From NCBI RefSeq assembly GCF_004010195.1, contig NC_057719.1, positions 65,295,751 through 65,359,750 of the forward strand: a DNA stretch of 64,000 nt, read 5' to 3'. This document shows positions 24,592 through 37,610 of this stretch, piece by piece. A program made the position numbers and the translations under genes. Source of the stretch: Chiloscyllium plagiosum (lineage: Eukaryota). The notes under the pieces were generated by a model, which ran no database searches, was not told the DNA's origin, and saw nothing but the letters and a program-made list of their open reading frames with translations. Position 1 is the stretch's first letter. Each line of letters opens with the position of its first letter.

Positions 24592-26354
24592 AATTGGACC
24601 AAGCAGTCTATTTCCATGAACTCAAGAGGCACCAATAGTCTCTTTTGAAATATGTTGACATACAATAACACTCCTGACACAGCAGTGTAAAAAGTAATTG
24701 TCACAGTGAATTAATCATCTTTTGAAATAGTTACTTTGCTTTAATTTTTGGTACTTCTGCCAATTGAAAGCCACAGAAAATTTCTTGAAGTGGTATCTGA
24801 ATTCTGACAAATCCTAAACCAGTTTTCCATGTTCAGCGTTTTCCAACCGATGGGATGTGGCAAAGCAACTGCGTCAACCTGACCGTCTGCTGAATGAAAG
24901 GGGACAGCCTTTTCTAACTCTGTGCACTTCATGCACAAACTTTCCAAGACATCTTTGTCCCTCTAACATCACAGGTGATAAGAATCATTTTTATTTTAGA
25001 TCCTTTTCAAATTGCAATATGGGGCATTCCATCTGGAATTTCAGCAATCAACAGTTCCTCCGATGTGAAGCTTATCTTTATTGAGCTAACTATTTTCAGT
25101 AGACTGAGAATATGTCCTCAGCTGACATAGGTAATTACTCAGTTACATTCCTGACACCATTTCAGAAGTTTTCCTGAAAACATTCCTGATTTTCCTCTGT
25201 GTCTATGAAATCATAGCATTTTATTTTCCACTTTTGTTTCAATAAAATACAAAAGTTTTCAACAAAAATGTCCACAACACTACAGCATTTAATTCAATGT
25301 ATTAGGAAAGCTTCCAAGGTGTCAATCAAACTAGTTTTAATTGGAACATGCCCATGGAATCTATCCACTAATGTACAAATTCCATGACTCTTGCATACTG
25401 AAAAAACTAGCTCAACATTTTGGATAGCTTTCACTCCCATTCAGCAAACTATATTTTGATGAATATAGTTTGGATTGTGCAGTTGTTTTTCCTTTGCTAA
25501 ACACATATCGAAGATATCTTACATAATGCTTTGTTGGAAGAAGGAAGTCTTATTGTGCTATTTGTGAAGGAAGGAATAGGAAATGCCATTTTTTACAACA
25601 AGTCTGTTTTTCAAATACATAGGTGAGGACTGTAATGTGATCAACACAGGTAATGTGGACATAAGTAAAGAAATGACATTCAATGTTGTCCAACTGACTT
25701 AGTTACTATAAACATTTATTCTGGATTCTGAAGCCAGAAATGTCAGTTCTAGCTACAGTAGAGATTCACATCTGGCATAAATCGGGTGTAAGGCATTAAC
25801 AGAATTGATGAGACCTCAAGGGGGATGAATATTATTTGAGTAGCATTTCTGCAATTGATTCTCCATTGACTGACAGCTTTGGTTGCTATTTCCATAGCCC
25901 ATGCAGGGTTCTTCAATGCTCATTGTAGCTTTTCGAATGGGCCACAATTGTAACAGTCCATAGAACTGCCTGTCCCTGGGAGGTCAACGTAAATGAATTT
26001 CTCATACCCTCCAAATTTGTAAGATCTAGAATTTCAAGTTAGAAGTGTGCATTGTGCCTATTGTGATACTGATGTATATCAGAAGAATACTGAGTAGTTA
26101 GTGAATTTGAGTAAAATTGGCTGTGCACCTCTCTCATTGTAATTAGGTCAACCAGAAAGAGGGTTTTGGATATACAGTGGGACCATTGCAGCAAAAAGAC
26201 GAACATAAAGTCTTACGTGGTTTCAATGCCATTTCCTCATACACAATGGCCAATTTGACAATATGGCTGGTGTTCGACCAAGTGAGTAAAGATGGATCCG
26301 ATCCCTTCTTTTTACCATCCTGAGTAGCCAGCCACAAAGATTTTATATAAAAAC

Positions 26355-26843
26355 AGGAAGTTGGAGAGGATTCAGAAACGATTTCCCAGGATGTTGCTGG
26401 GATTGGAAGGTTTGAATTATAAAGAGAGGCTGGAGAGACTGGGACCTTTTTCTCTGGAGCATAAGAGGTTGAAGAGTGACTTTATAGAGGTTTATGAAGT
26501 CATGAGGGGCATAGATAAGGTGAATAGCAAAAGTCTTTTGCCTAATGTAGGGAAGTTGAAAACTCGGGGGCATATTTTAAGGTGAGAGGAGAAAGATTTA
26601 AAATGGACCTTTTTAACTTTTTCACATAGAGGGTGGTTTGTATGTGGAATGAACTACCAGAGGAAGTAGTAAATATAGGTTCACTTACAACAGTAAAGAG
26701 ACATTTGGACAGGTACATGATAAGGAAAGGTCCAGAGGGATATGGAATAAATGCAAGCAAGTAGGATTAGTTTAGCAAACTTTGTCGGCATGGGTGTGTT
26801 GGACTGAAGGGTCTGTTTCCATCCTGTCTGGCGCTATGACTCG
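26355..26843 (+). mobile_element. CR1 LINE 3' fragment
   Basis: ORF 26361: LERIQKRFPRML.GLEGLNYKERLERLG.FSLE...TRGH. Confidence 0.85.
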
Positions 26844-26849
26844 ATAAGT

Positions 26850-27174
26850 GGGCGGCATGGTGGCACAGTGGTTAGCACTGCTGCCTCACAGCACCAGAGA
26901 TCCGGGTTCAATTCCCACCTCAGGCGACTCTCTGTGTGGAGTTTGCACATTCTCCCCATGTCTGCATGGGTTTCCTCCGGGTGCTCCGGTTTCCTCCCAC
27001 AGTCCAAAAATGTGCAGGTTAGGTGAATTGGCCATGCTAAATTGCCTGTAGTGTTAGGTGAGGGGGTAAATGTAGGGGAATGGGTCTGGGTGGATTGCGC
27101 TTCGGCGGGTTGGGTGGACTTGTTGGGCTGAAGGGCCTGTTTCCACACTGTAAGTAATCTAATCTAATCTAATC
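26850..27174 (+). mobile_element. HE1-type tRNA-derived SINE, full length
   Basis: A box TGGCACAGTGG, B box GGTTCAATTCC, central gtttcctccgggtgctccggtttcctcccacagtcc domain, CR1-like 3' end and (TAATC)n tail. Confidence 0.9.
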
Positions 27175-30100
27175 AAATGTAGCTAAATTTTCCAGCATCT
27201 TCAATTTTGATTTCAAATCTCCATGATTTGTAGCACTTTGCTTTTATTAAACATTTTATGTTCTATTTAACAATGAAGTTATATCTCGCTCCAATTAAAA
27301 TGCATTTAACTACCTTGTGAGAAAAAATAGGGAACCAATTACAAGATTTCCATGATTGGAAGAAGGACAATTTTATTATCTGCAAACCCTGATGGAAAAC
27401 AAGCAAGAAGTGCCGTCCAGTATTCAAGCACACAGGTGCATATTTGATAGAGGATCGTGTCCAGTTCAAAAGGAAGATGAAAGGAATATGCAGTTTAAAG
27501 TCTTTAGGATGTCCTTCAGTATGAAAGTTGTTAACCTGAGACCGTGGTTGTTTCTCCAGTTCTAGCTGGTTTGAGTCTGAAATTCATCTTCTCCACTCTG
27601 CCATTCACAGTTACCTGAAACTCAACAGGTTGTGCATTCCATGGTTTAATGTTTCTTATTTCTAAGCTTAATAATTGTAGGTGATGTCTTTCATGTACAA
27701 TATGGAAACTTATCACACAGATATAAATCAAAGTAGAAGATAAGAGTTTCCTTGCATTTGATCAGGTGGACTAGTTCTCAATATATTTTGACAAAACGTT
27801 TCATTAGAGTTCAAGCAGTTTCATTTATTCCATGTCGACTTTATGAAGCACAGTTAACTGATTTGCCATGATCATTTTAAATCAGTGATTTTCCTTCCTA
27901 AAACCGTTTTATTAGTAAAATTTGATGATAGAATTTGAAGATCAATTGCCTATTTTTTAAAAATCATTATCATGCCAGTGTGCTGAAGCTGTACTGTAGC
28001 CAGTGTCAGCTGGAACTGATGGTCGCACTACTTGGGTTTACGCTATCAGCACACATTCTGCTGGATTAGAATAAATTATACGGTTGCTTTTGCAGAGCTG
28101 AGAACTGATTTTTGGATGTAGCCTTAGCAAGGTTGAGTGAGACAATATATTTTCTCAAAAATCAATATGAAGTTTGAATTTTGAAGTGGATTGAATGAGG
28201 GAGTTGGTGGGGATGGGGGAGGAAGGGGATAACTCCTATCTTGCTTAATTCCTGCCCCTGCTTCATCCTTTTTGAGTTGGGCATTCTGCCAAGGTATAAT
28301 ATTAAAATAGATTTAAAATTGGATTAATTTTCTTTTGAATGACACCTGGATATCACGAGTGAGCTGAATTTGTAGCAATGTAGAAAATGACCAAACCTAC
28401 TTCACTTATTGGGATTGAGGAGTAACACCCAGACAGGGAGAGAAAGACTAAGAAGTGAGCAGAAGGCTTACTTTGGGATTTGATAACGGTTACAATATAT
28501 TTGAATGCAAATTATCTATTTAAAAATTCATTTTCCTTTAAGTAGAAACCATGTTATTGAATGTAAATCACAGCAGCAGTAAATAATATTTGTATAGAAG
28601 CTTTATGGCCGAGGATGCATTACCAATTAGAATTTGACACTCTACGAAATATTGCAACTAGTGATGAAAGATTTGCTCAAATAGAGAGGTTTCAAGGTGC
28701 ATCCTAAAGGAAGACAGCACTGCAGAGGTTTAGCAAGTGAATTCCACAACTCAAAATATGAACACCAAAAGTGCAGGGATTTAAAGTGAAGGTGTTCAAA
28801 GGCCAGCTATGCGCGATTTTTCTTTTTCGTCGGTTATCAATTTATTACCAATCCAAGAAAACATTATGAGCAACATTTATAAATAAGAAATGGAGAATAC
28901 ATAAGTCAGAGAAGTAATTTTGAGACAATGCTATAAAACTGAAGAAATTAGAGAAAGCACTAGATTACGCATAAGACTATGGTAGAATTGTTACAGAGTG
29001 AAGTCCCATGGAAGATATAATCTAAAGGTTCCATGTCAAAAAATGTGCAGTGAATTAGCATGGAATTATCTGAGGTACTGAATTATGTGGCCTTGAGAAA
29101 AGCATCTGAGATCGGCTAAGGGTATCCTGGCATCTAGTGCAAAAAAATCTTATTTCCCAACTAAGGGTTGAGTGGTGAGACGAGGTTCTCATTGCTGAGT
29201 CGGGAGAGGCCTACTTATAGCCATTAGCATGCATTAACATCTCATTATGCAGTTTCCTGTCCTTCCCCCTGCCACATGGAAAGTAGATGGCGACAATTCC
29301 TGACACGAGAGTCAAAATATTTACTTGACGATTCCATCTCGCCACTTACTCCTCCAGCACTTAATCTGGGATACCACTCCCCAAGATCTCAGGGCTTGAT
29401 GAATGGGTGTTAAACTAAAACATCACCTCATCTCTATGGACATCAGTACATGATATGCTACCAACTTCACTGCACCCTTAAGGTACATCTCCAATCCAAT
29501 TTCATGATGGTTCTGCACTTCCATGCTGCTCTATAGAGCACACCAACACTTTACACTGCAAGGCTGCTGCAAGATCATGTTGTGTGCAGGGACAGCCAAC
29601 TAGCTCAAGAATTAACTATGCTCATTCTCCTGGTTCCTCACTGCACTCACTCACTTCATGCCCGTTTCGATGTTCATGACATCCCTGCCCTGCCTTGCCT
29701 TGACTGCACAGACAGTGTATTATGGCTCACAGTACCTCACTGTTGCTTTGCCTTTTATTGTCAACACAAGGTCAGGCAGCCTTTCATGGTTGTCAGTGGT
29801 CCATCAGTCAAGGATCTGCATGTGATGCTGTATGGCACCATGCAATGGCAATCTCATACATTCACGCGTTTCAGCAGCTAGTACGGCAAATACACTGCAC
29901 TTGCATCAACCAAATGAACATGTTACAAATTTTCAGTTGAGTGAAGGAAGATCACCTTCAATCTGGGGGTTCCAGTATAGTAAGTCAAGGGCCTCAAACA
30001 CAGTCAGTCCAGGGCTTGAACATGGACATTGGGGTGGTCACTGTCAGCGGGTACATATCACTATAGCCAGGGAATGGGTCATGATCATTGTGCCAGTTAA

Positions 30101-30559
30101 CCAGGCCAGGGAGTTGTGCTACATCAGTCAGGGAGCTGCACACATATCAGCCAGGAGTCTGGTCAGTCATCAGACAGGGATGTCCATCGAAGATGGTCAA
30201 GAATTGGACCACAGTCGGTCTCCAGGATCAGCTCAGTTAAAGTCAAATAGGATATTCAGGGGCCATCTCTGTGGGCGGGAAGTTGGGAAAGTAAATTCTG
30301 TGAGTTGGAGGCAGCATGTAGGGATGCAAAGGTGACAATAATCACAAAGGAGGTAAGTCACCATATAATGAGTGGCAGGCAGAGACAATAATGCATCAGA
30401 GGAAATGGGATATTGCAGGAGAAGGGGATTATTTACAGTTACATCCATTCTGGTGTCTATGATGGCAGGAGGGGAGAGAGAGTAAAGTAGGGCAACGTTT
30501 AACATGACGAGGCTGTATTCTACACTGGGGAAGGATTCTAAGGTGGGATGAGGTTAAGG

Positions 30560-30755
30560 ATTTGATTTATTATTGTCACATGTATCAAAGTACAGTGAAA
30601 AGTATTGGTTTGCATACTCATCTATCAAATTGCACCTTATATAAGTACATCAGGGTAATGGAACAGAATGCAGAATATAGTGTTCCATCTACAGAGAAGG
30701 TGCAGAGAAAGATCAACTCTAATGTGTGAGGGAACCATTCATAAGTCTGATAACC
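30560..30755 (-). mobile_element. Rex1/Babar-like 3' end fragment
   Basis: ttattgtcacatgtatcaaagtacagtgaaaag matches the Rex 3' end at 21265-21297. Confidence 0.6.
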
Positions 30756-30941
30756 TGCACAGCTTGGTTCTTAAATAACAGTGCAATTATAAATGGGCTT
30801 TTGTATTTGCAATGGACTGCCAGCTGTGCCACTTACGTACCCTCCCACTACCTGCCTGGTGAAGGGTAACTCCTGCCTGGCAGGACTTGATCTGTTGCCA
30901 GTGATGTGAATCCCTGGTGGCTAGCACTTCTTATCTCATGC

Positions 30942-31165
30942 AAGGGTGGTGAGTGTATGGAATGAGATGCCAGAGGAAGTGGTGGAGACTGGTACAATTA
31001 CAGCATATGAAAGGCATCTGGATGGGTATATGAATAGGATGGATTTAGAGGGATATGGGCCAAGTGCTAACAAATGGGACTAGATTAGATTAGGATATCT
31101 GGTCAGCATGGATGAGTCGGACCGAAGGGTTTGTTTCTTTGTTGTACATCTTTATGACTCTGAGA
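30942..31165 (+). mobile_element. HER1/CR1 3' end
   Basis: Matches the other CR1 3' UTRs; atgactct tail. Confidence 0.85.
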
Positions 31166-32549
31166 CTGAAAGAGGGGCTAATGAATGTGCCAAGTCCCAC
31201 AGATGTATGACACATGGGCAATAAGACAAGTTTCAGAGCATAGCCTGAGAAAACTTGCTAGGACTCACAAAGCGAAACCCTCTATAAAACTCACCAAAGT
31301 TGACTCTTAACTGATTTGTGGTATAATTGAGCCCACACATTAGGATAATTTAATGTGACTTTTTCAAATTCCTTTTCTTTTAATGCATCATTGAAGTCAT
31401 GGTTTCTAGCAGCCATCAGTAAGTAACTCTTTGCCAACCACATGCAAATATAAATGACTCCACATTGGAGCCAAGTGGGAGCTCTGACTCAATCCGAGCC
31501 ACTAGTATTAGTGTTGAGTCAGGCCTGGCTCAGGTTTCCATCAAGTTGCAATAAGTTCGCTGTGTGACCTATGTTTAGCTTTACTATCGATGATGACATC
31601 CAAACGCTGGGGGAATCGTGAAGAATCATTTATTGTACCAATATCCTGATTTCAACAACTGCAGATGTTCTGCAGTTCACAGGTGTCACATTTTAAATTG
31701 TCTTTTTGTTGGGGGATTTACAATTATCAACAATTCATCAAACTACACGGCTAACAACTGTCAGAACTCCACAGATGTTGAGACAACATGTGGCCTCATT
31801 GCTTCGAGTTCTGTGAAGGAATACTGATTACTTAGAAAGCTGCCAATATTTAAAGGCACTGTCTTTATGAAATAATATTTGGAAAGTACTATGCATTCTA
31901 TCATGACCTGACTGTGGATGTTTCCAATCTGAGAAATGTATAAAATGTTTACAACATTTTCATGAATGTAAATCTAATTGACATTCAATCCTTTGAGCAT
32001 TCTGCCTGGCCAATCATACCAACTATGCCCAACATTTGTCAGTATAATCTCATAATCCTTGTCATAATCATAATCTGTATGTACCATGAGGTTGCTCTAA
32101 TTCATATTCGACTGTTTTCTGATATATTGATCAGATAATCTACACTCTATTTGCAGTCACATCAGGGAGATGAAATCTTTTCTTGGCATTTTCTGAAGCT
32201 CTGAACCCTGACTCTCCAATTCTCTTCTTAGCCAACTGGCTGGGAGGCAAATTTGGAGCAGAGCATCTGTCAGCTAGGCAGAGAACTAACTGATTTACAT
32301 TAACCCACCTAGCGCACACAAACTTTAAGTCCATGCCTATTTAAAATAAGAATCCACAAAATCTCAACTGCAAGTAAGTAGAGATGATTTACTTACTGCA
32401 AGTAAGTAAACCACTGCCTGCTTTAAATATGGGGCACAAAACCATGCTTTCCCAAATGAGTGTTTTTCCAGGGATAGTCTGAGTAAATGGCAATGAAGTG
32501 TTCAATCAGCTGTGATCATAGTAAATGGCAGAGCTTTCTTAAAGGGCTA

Positions 32550-32665
32550 GGCAAAAATGAGGACTATAGATGCTGGTGAAGGGCTTTTGCCTGAAACGTT
32601 GGTTCTCCTGCTCCTCGGATGCTGCCTGACCTGTTGTGCTTTTCCAGTGGCACACTCTTGACTCT
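32550..32665. mobile_element. PLE family A short fold-back fragment
   Basis: Minus piece ggcaaaaatgaggactatagatgctgg joined to plus piece tgaagggcttttgcctgaaacg... Confidence 0.7.
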
Positions 32666-34624
32666 ATCTTGAAGAGCTGCATAGCCTACTCATGTTCCTA
32701 CGTTAGGCCAAAGCAACTAGCAATTGCTTGAACCTGTGTCAGAGTGTAGTTGGAAAATGGTGAGGGTCAACAAATAAAAGATGCTGTAAATGAGAAGATA
32801 GAATTGAAAAGAAAACAGAAATTGTATATGGAAATGTGGATGATGAAAATTGATTATACACCTTTTCTAAATGTTGAATATCATCTTCATAAACAAAAGC
32901 TTTTGCTTTCATTTCTCAAATTCTTCAGTACTAATTGCTCAGAACTAATCTAATAGCCCATTATAATTTATTTTATCCTGAGACATTGGGGAGTTCTGTA
33001 TTTGGTCATTTCTGAATTTCTCCTGTTAGAATATTGTTGAAACAATTCATTCCTATTGGCAAGAGGTGTTTTATACTCTCGTTCGGAGTAATGAGTAGCT
33101 GTAGATAGTGCGCCCTTGCTCTTTATCTTCTCAAGCTTTCTTTAATCTTGCTATTACAGTCCAGCCACATACTTTCTGCTCAGCACAAGTCTGTCAGCAA
33201 TGACCCTCTTGAAACCTATATTCTTTTTCCCCTGTGGAGCCTTGTATAATAATCTAATGCCCAGTAATTTCTATGACCAAATTTTCTCAAAGTAAGGCTT
33301 AAGATCAAAAAGGCAGATATTCGTATAACTTGACCTATATTTCTGGTTAACTCAACCTGAATTCCAGAAGTGACATCAAATAACTAACACTAGATTTATT
33401 TATTTTCATCATTAAAATTAGATTGTCAGGACAAAGAATTATAGCAGGCATTTTAAGTACCATGAAATGTGCAATAAAATGTGAACAATTTAAAGGCAAC
33501 ATACTCCACGCTAATAAATTGCACACCAATAAATGTCAACAGTTATGATCAAGGCTTTTGCAGTGACTACAGTGTTGCATTTTCATATTATGATACTGAA
33601 GTTTATTGTTTATGAATCCAGTGAGTTAGTATTTGATGAGATTTGCAAAAAGGGATGTTGACATCTGGTGAAGTTATTTTTCAGGAATTCTAACCAGTAT
33701 ATGTAACGGCATTTGCGACCCTGTGCACATGCATCTAACTGTTCATTTGCGTAGTTTAAATTAGCTCCATGTTTTTAAATGCATCACAAGGTGATCACTT
33801 GCAGCATGAACCGCCGAGTTTGGAAATCATTTTCAGTTAGAAGCTTGAGTCTGCTAGGAAATTGCCCCAAATAACTGTAAAACATCTTTGAAGAGATGCT
33901 TCGCAACTTTAATGGCTATGCCTGTACACCGTTAAAGGAGAAGGCTGAATGTGAGTATTATATTCCTGTGATTTGTAACTGTTCCACAATACAGTAAGAT
34001 GAAATGATTCTGGCATATGGTCATATTTTCAGCTTTGGTTCAAACTTGAAGATTAGATGAGGAACATATTAGAATTGTGACACTAAAATAAGGCATGGCC
34101 AGTAGCTGACAATGAGCTGACTTCATAAATATTATTTATTTGCTTATAGGGTGTGGGCATTGCTGGCCAGGCCAGCAGCTTGTGCTCATCCTAAAAACCT
34201 TGAAATGTAGTTATGGGTTGCGTCTTTTAGTCGCTTCAGTCCTGGTGACCTCGTGGTATTATCCAAGGCCATGTTTTCTACTTCTTACTTCATATTATCA
34301 AGAATACATAAGCGATCAGAGGTGTTACAGCAACACAAATTATTTATGGATTAGTTGTTCAGTAATCTCATGGAAAAGTGGATGAACAAACATTATGGGG
34401 AGGTCTAGGAGGAAAGTTGATTTGGTAAGGAAATTGTGTAGCATTCTTTATCTGGCCTGGCAATTCAAAATATTTACTGTGGATCAAATTTAGGATTAGT
34501 TTCCAGAAGTTGTGCCAGAGTTGAATAGTATAATCTTAGCCAATAGGATGGGATGGAATGAAATCAGCCTTTGAGTTTACCGCATCTCAGTGGGGTCAAG
34601 TGAAAGGAAACGACCCTGGGTGTA

Positions 34625-34642
34625 AGAGAGAGAGAGAGAGAG
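34625..34642. repeat. (AG)n microsatellite
   Basis: About nine AG units. Confidence 0.8.
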
Positions 34643-36264
34643 ACCTCAGAGACTGTTAACCTTTCTTTTTAACATGTCCACATTCAGTGCAGAGCAGCTT
34701 TCGACCTTGTACTGCTAGTTTAGCATGCTTCAGATAGAATTCCAGCAAGGTCTTTTTCAATTCCAGAACTAAGAACAATAAGGGCCCCATGAGCATAAAG
34801 TGTAGCTTGAAGCTCATTTCTAGCAAAATTGTTAATAAACATATAATACCGAGCATGTGCTTTTTGTTTCAAACTGCAGCTGCTTAAATGATGTCCTGGT
34901 TTTTAACCCTTTAAACATGAGAAATTAAACAATCAAAGGTTGTTTGGGCCTTCAGATCCATTTCTTCAATAAACTACCCTGGAGCATGATTCTTATCTCT
35001 CATGAGAAAGTCTTGCAAAATTACAAGACCCCACAGATGTTTCAACTAAAGTGCATCAAGTCTACATACATTTAAAACCACAATAATTTAAAGAGGTAAG
35101 ATTTCTCTCCACAGCTAATCTATGACAGAGCCCAATGGCACATGATCCATTTTATTTCATACAGTGTTTGCTCAATGCCTATATTTACCGTCCAATCTGC
35201 CAACTTCATTGTTATTGATGGGGGAGATCTCTTCTTTGGTTTATGTATAACAAAGCTCTAAATTTGTTTGTAGAGTATTAGATTACGATTTGATATTGTA
35301 CAGAGGATCATAGCCTGAAGTGTTTATTTTGGAATAATTAATCAATGCATTCAATGTTTTTCTTTTTGGGGAGTTTGCTTCCTTTAATCTACCGCAAGAG
35401 TGACTGGATTCTCTTTCAATTTTTTTTTTTGAGAATGTTATTTCACTCTTGCCCTTCAGTTCTATGATTACAATCCAATTTAACCAACAGCTTTTATTTG
35501 TCTCTGTACTTTGAACATGTTTTTGGGAACCTTCCATTTCTCTTACTTGAGGTATTTCAGCTTCTGTACATTTGATCACTTTTAAGGTGAGATGTAGCTC
35601 TTCCCCATTCTCACTGGCTCTGATTAGTTAGGTAGGATTATGACAGCAAGCCAAAGATTGCATATAGATCAGCCTTTGCACAAGCTCCTTTAGCTACTCA
35701 ATGCCTTCACTGGAATTTTCATCTTCAAAGAGTATCAAAATATCAGGTTTTGTTTTAGATTTTATTTGGCAAGAGTTTTACCAAGCACATCTGCCTACTA
35801 AATGAGATTCATGTTAATTATTCTTAGCAACTCACTGATCATGCAATAAATGGTCACAATTTATAAAAGTCATCAGTTAGTAATGAACTTTGAAACATTT
35901 GAAATATAATACATTTTTTAGACTTTGCCGACAAAAGGGCCTTAATTATCTCTCTCTGAAGTCTAAATGTATTCCACTCATCTAAACTTTACTCAGCTCA
36001 GTTTCTAGAAAACATGTACTGCAAGTCACAAAAATGATTATCAGGTTTCCAAAGATTTGAGTAACTGTCGGACAAATTGAAAATTAACTGCCAATCATAC
36101 ATAATTGATCAAATTTTATGGTATTCATTTGTTTGAATTTATCTTTCCTCCTTCCTTGAACCTTTTTATGAGGAAATTGGAACCAGATTGCCTTCAATAT
36201 TTGCATTGTACTAAGTCTTTGTTTTATAATTATCTACCACCAAAACCTGAAACCACTGTCCTTT

Positions 36265-37198
36265 GCTAATTGCCCTAGAAAAGATGTTGTGAGCTGTAGC
36301 TGAAGTCACTTCCCACACTGATCTTAGGGAGGAAATTCCAGGACTTTGATCAAGAACTAAGAAGGGTCAGTGACGTATTTACAGCTCAGGATGGTGTGTG
36401 CCTTAGAGGGGAATTTGCAGATAGTACTGTCCCCATTCATCAGCTGACCTTATCCTTCCAGGTGCTAGAGTTTGTGGTTTTGTAAGATACTGTCAAAATA
36501 ACCTTGGTGAGTTACTGTAGTGAATCTTGTACTTTGTAGGCCCCTCTGCCACTGTGTGCCAGTAGTGCAAAGTGTTAAAGGTGGTGAATGGGATGCTTTT
36601 CAATTCAACTGCTTTGGTCTTAAGCTTCTGAAATATTTAGATTAGATTAGATTAGATTCCCTACAGTGTGGAAACAGGCCCTTCGGCCCAACCAGTCCAC
36701 ACCGAAGAGTAACCCACCCAGACCCATTTCACTCTTACTAATGCAACTAACACTATGGGCAATTTAGCGTGGCCAATTCACCTGACCTGCACATCTTTGG
36801 GCTGAGGGAGGAAACCGGAGCACCCGGAGGAAACCCACGCAGACACAGGAAGAATCTGCAAACTCCACACAGGCAGTCACCCAAGGCTGGAATTGAACCT
36901 GGGACCCTGATGCTGTGAGGCAGCAATGCTAACCACTGAGCCACCGTGGTTGGATATCCATTCATCCAGTCATGAAGAGAATCTCATCACGTTCCTGGAT
37001 TAGTGGATTGTGAATCTGGGGATTGGGATGTTGAGCTAATCTGTCACAGATTGCCTGCCAGATCTGCTGCTGTAGCCTCAGTAATCATGTGGCTGGCCAA
37101 GTTAAGTTTCTAGTCATTGGTAACCTGCTGGAAGTTTATGGTGGAAGATTCAATGTTGATCATGACATCAAGTATCAAGAGGAGATATTTAAATGCCA
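36265..37198 (-). mobile_element. Second CR1/L2-type LINE family, 3' part (resumes at ~38980-39050)
   Basis: Similar to 20290-21245; split by an HE1 SINE and a CR1 insertion. Confidence 0.6.
36637..36948 (-). mobile_element. HE1-type SINE
   Basis: Reverse complement of the 26850 SINE, with (TTAGA)n tail and A/B boxes. Confidence 0.9.
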
Positions 37199-37381
37199 CC
37201 AGCTGCAACATGACCTCCCGACTCCTGTACTCAATACTCTGACCAGTAAAGGAAAGCATACCAAACACCTTCTTCACTATCCTATCTACCTGCAACTCCA
37301 CTTTCAAGAAGCTATGAACCTGCACTCCAAGGTCTCTTTGTTCAGCAACACTCCCTAGGACCTTACCATTAAGTGTATAAG

Positions 37382-37610
37382 AGCTGGAAATGTGTTGCTG
37401 GAAAAGCGCAGCAGGTCAGGCAGCATCCAGGGAACAGGAGAATCGACGTTTCGGGCATAAGCCCTTCTTCAGGAATGGGCTTCAGGAATGAAGAAGGGCT
37501 TATGCCCGAAACGTCGATTCTCCTGTTCCCTGGATGCTGCCTGACCTGCTGCGCTTTTCCAGCAACACATTTCCAGCTCTGATCTCCAGCATCTGCAAAC
37601 CTAACTTTCT
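37382..37610. mobile_element. PLE family A perfect fold-back insertion, young
   Basis: 16-bp TSD CCATTAAGTGTATAAG at 37366-37381 and 37611-37626; 92-bp perfect inverted arms at 37380-37471 and 37489-37580. Confidence 0.9.
37441..37476 (-). ncRNA. Minimal hammerhead ribozyme motif (PLE family A)
   Basis: Minus strand AUUC-CUGAAGA-A-GGGC(UUAU)GCCC-GAAA-CGUC-GAUU; core intact. Confidence 0.6.

Larger units (their letters stand above)
29074..31334. mobile_element. Second decayed Harbinger-like relic, related to 1532-5856
   Basis: Candidate termini GGTACTGAATTAT and ATAATTGAGCCC. By eye 29640-29710 resembles 2190-2255, 29820-29910 resembles 2340-2425, and 31255-31334 resembles 5778-5856. Confidence 0.5.

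Noticed and set aside
26850..26925. tRNA gene (A and B boxes)
   Set aside because: Head of an HE1-type SINE; the same applies at 36948, 42247, 49351 and 55782.
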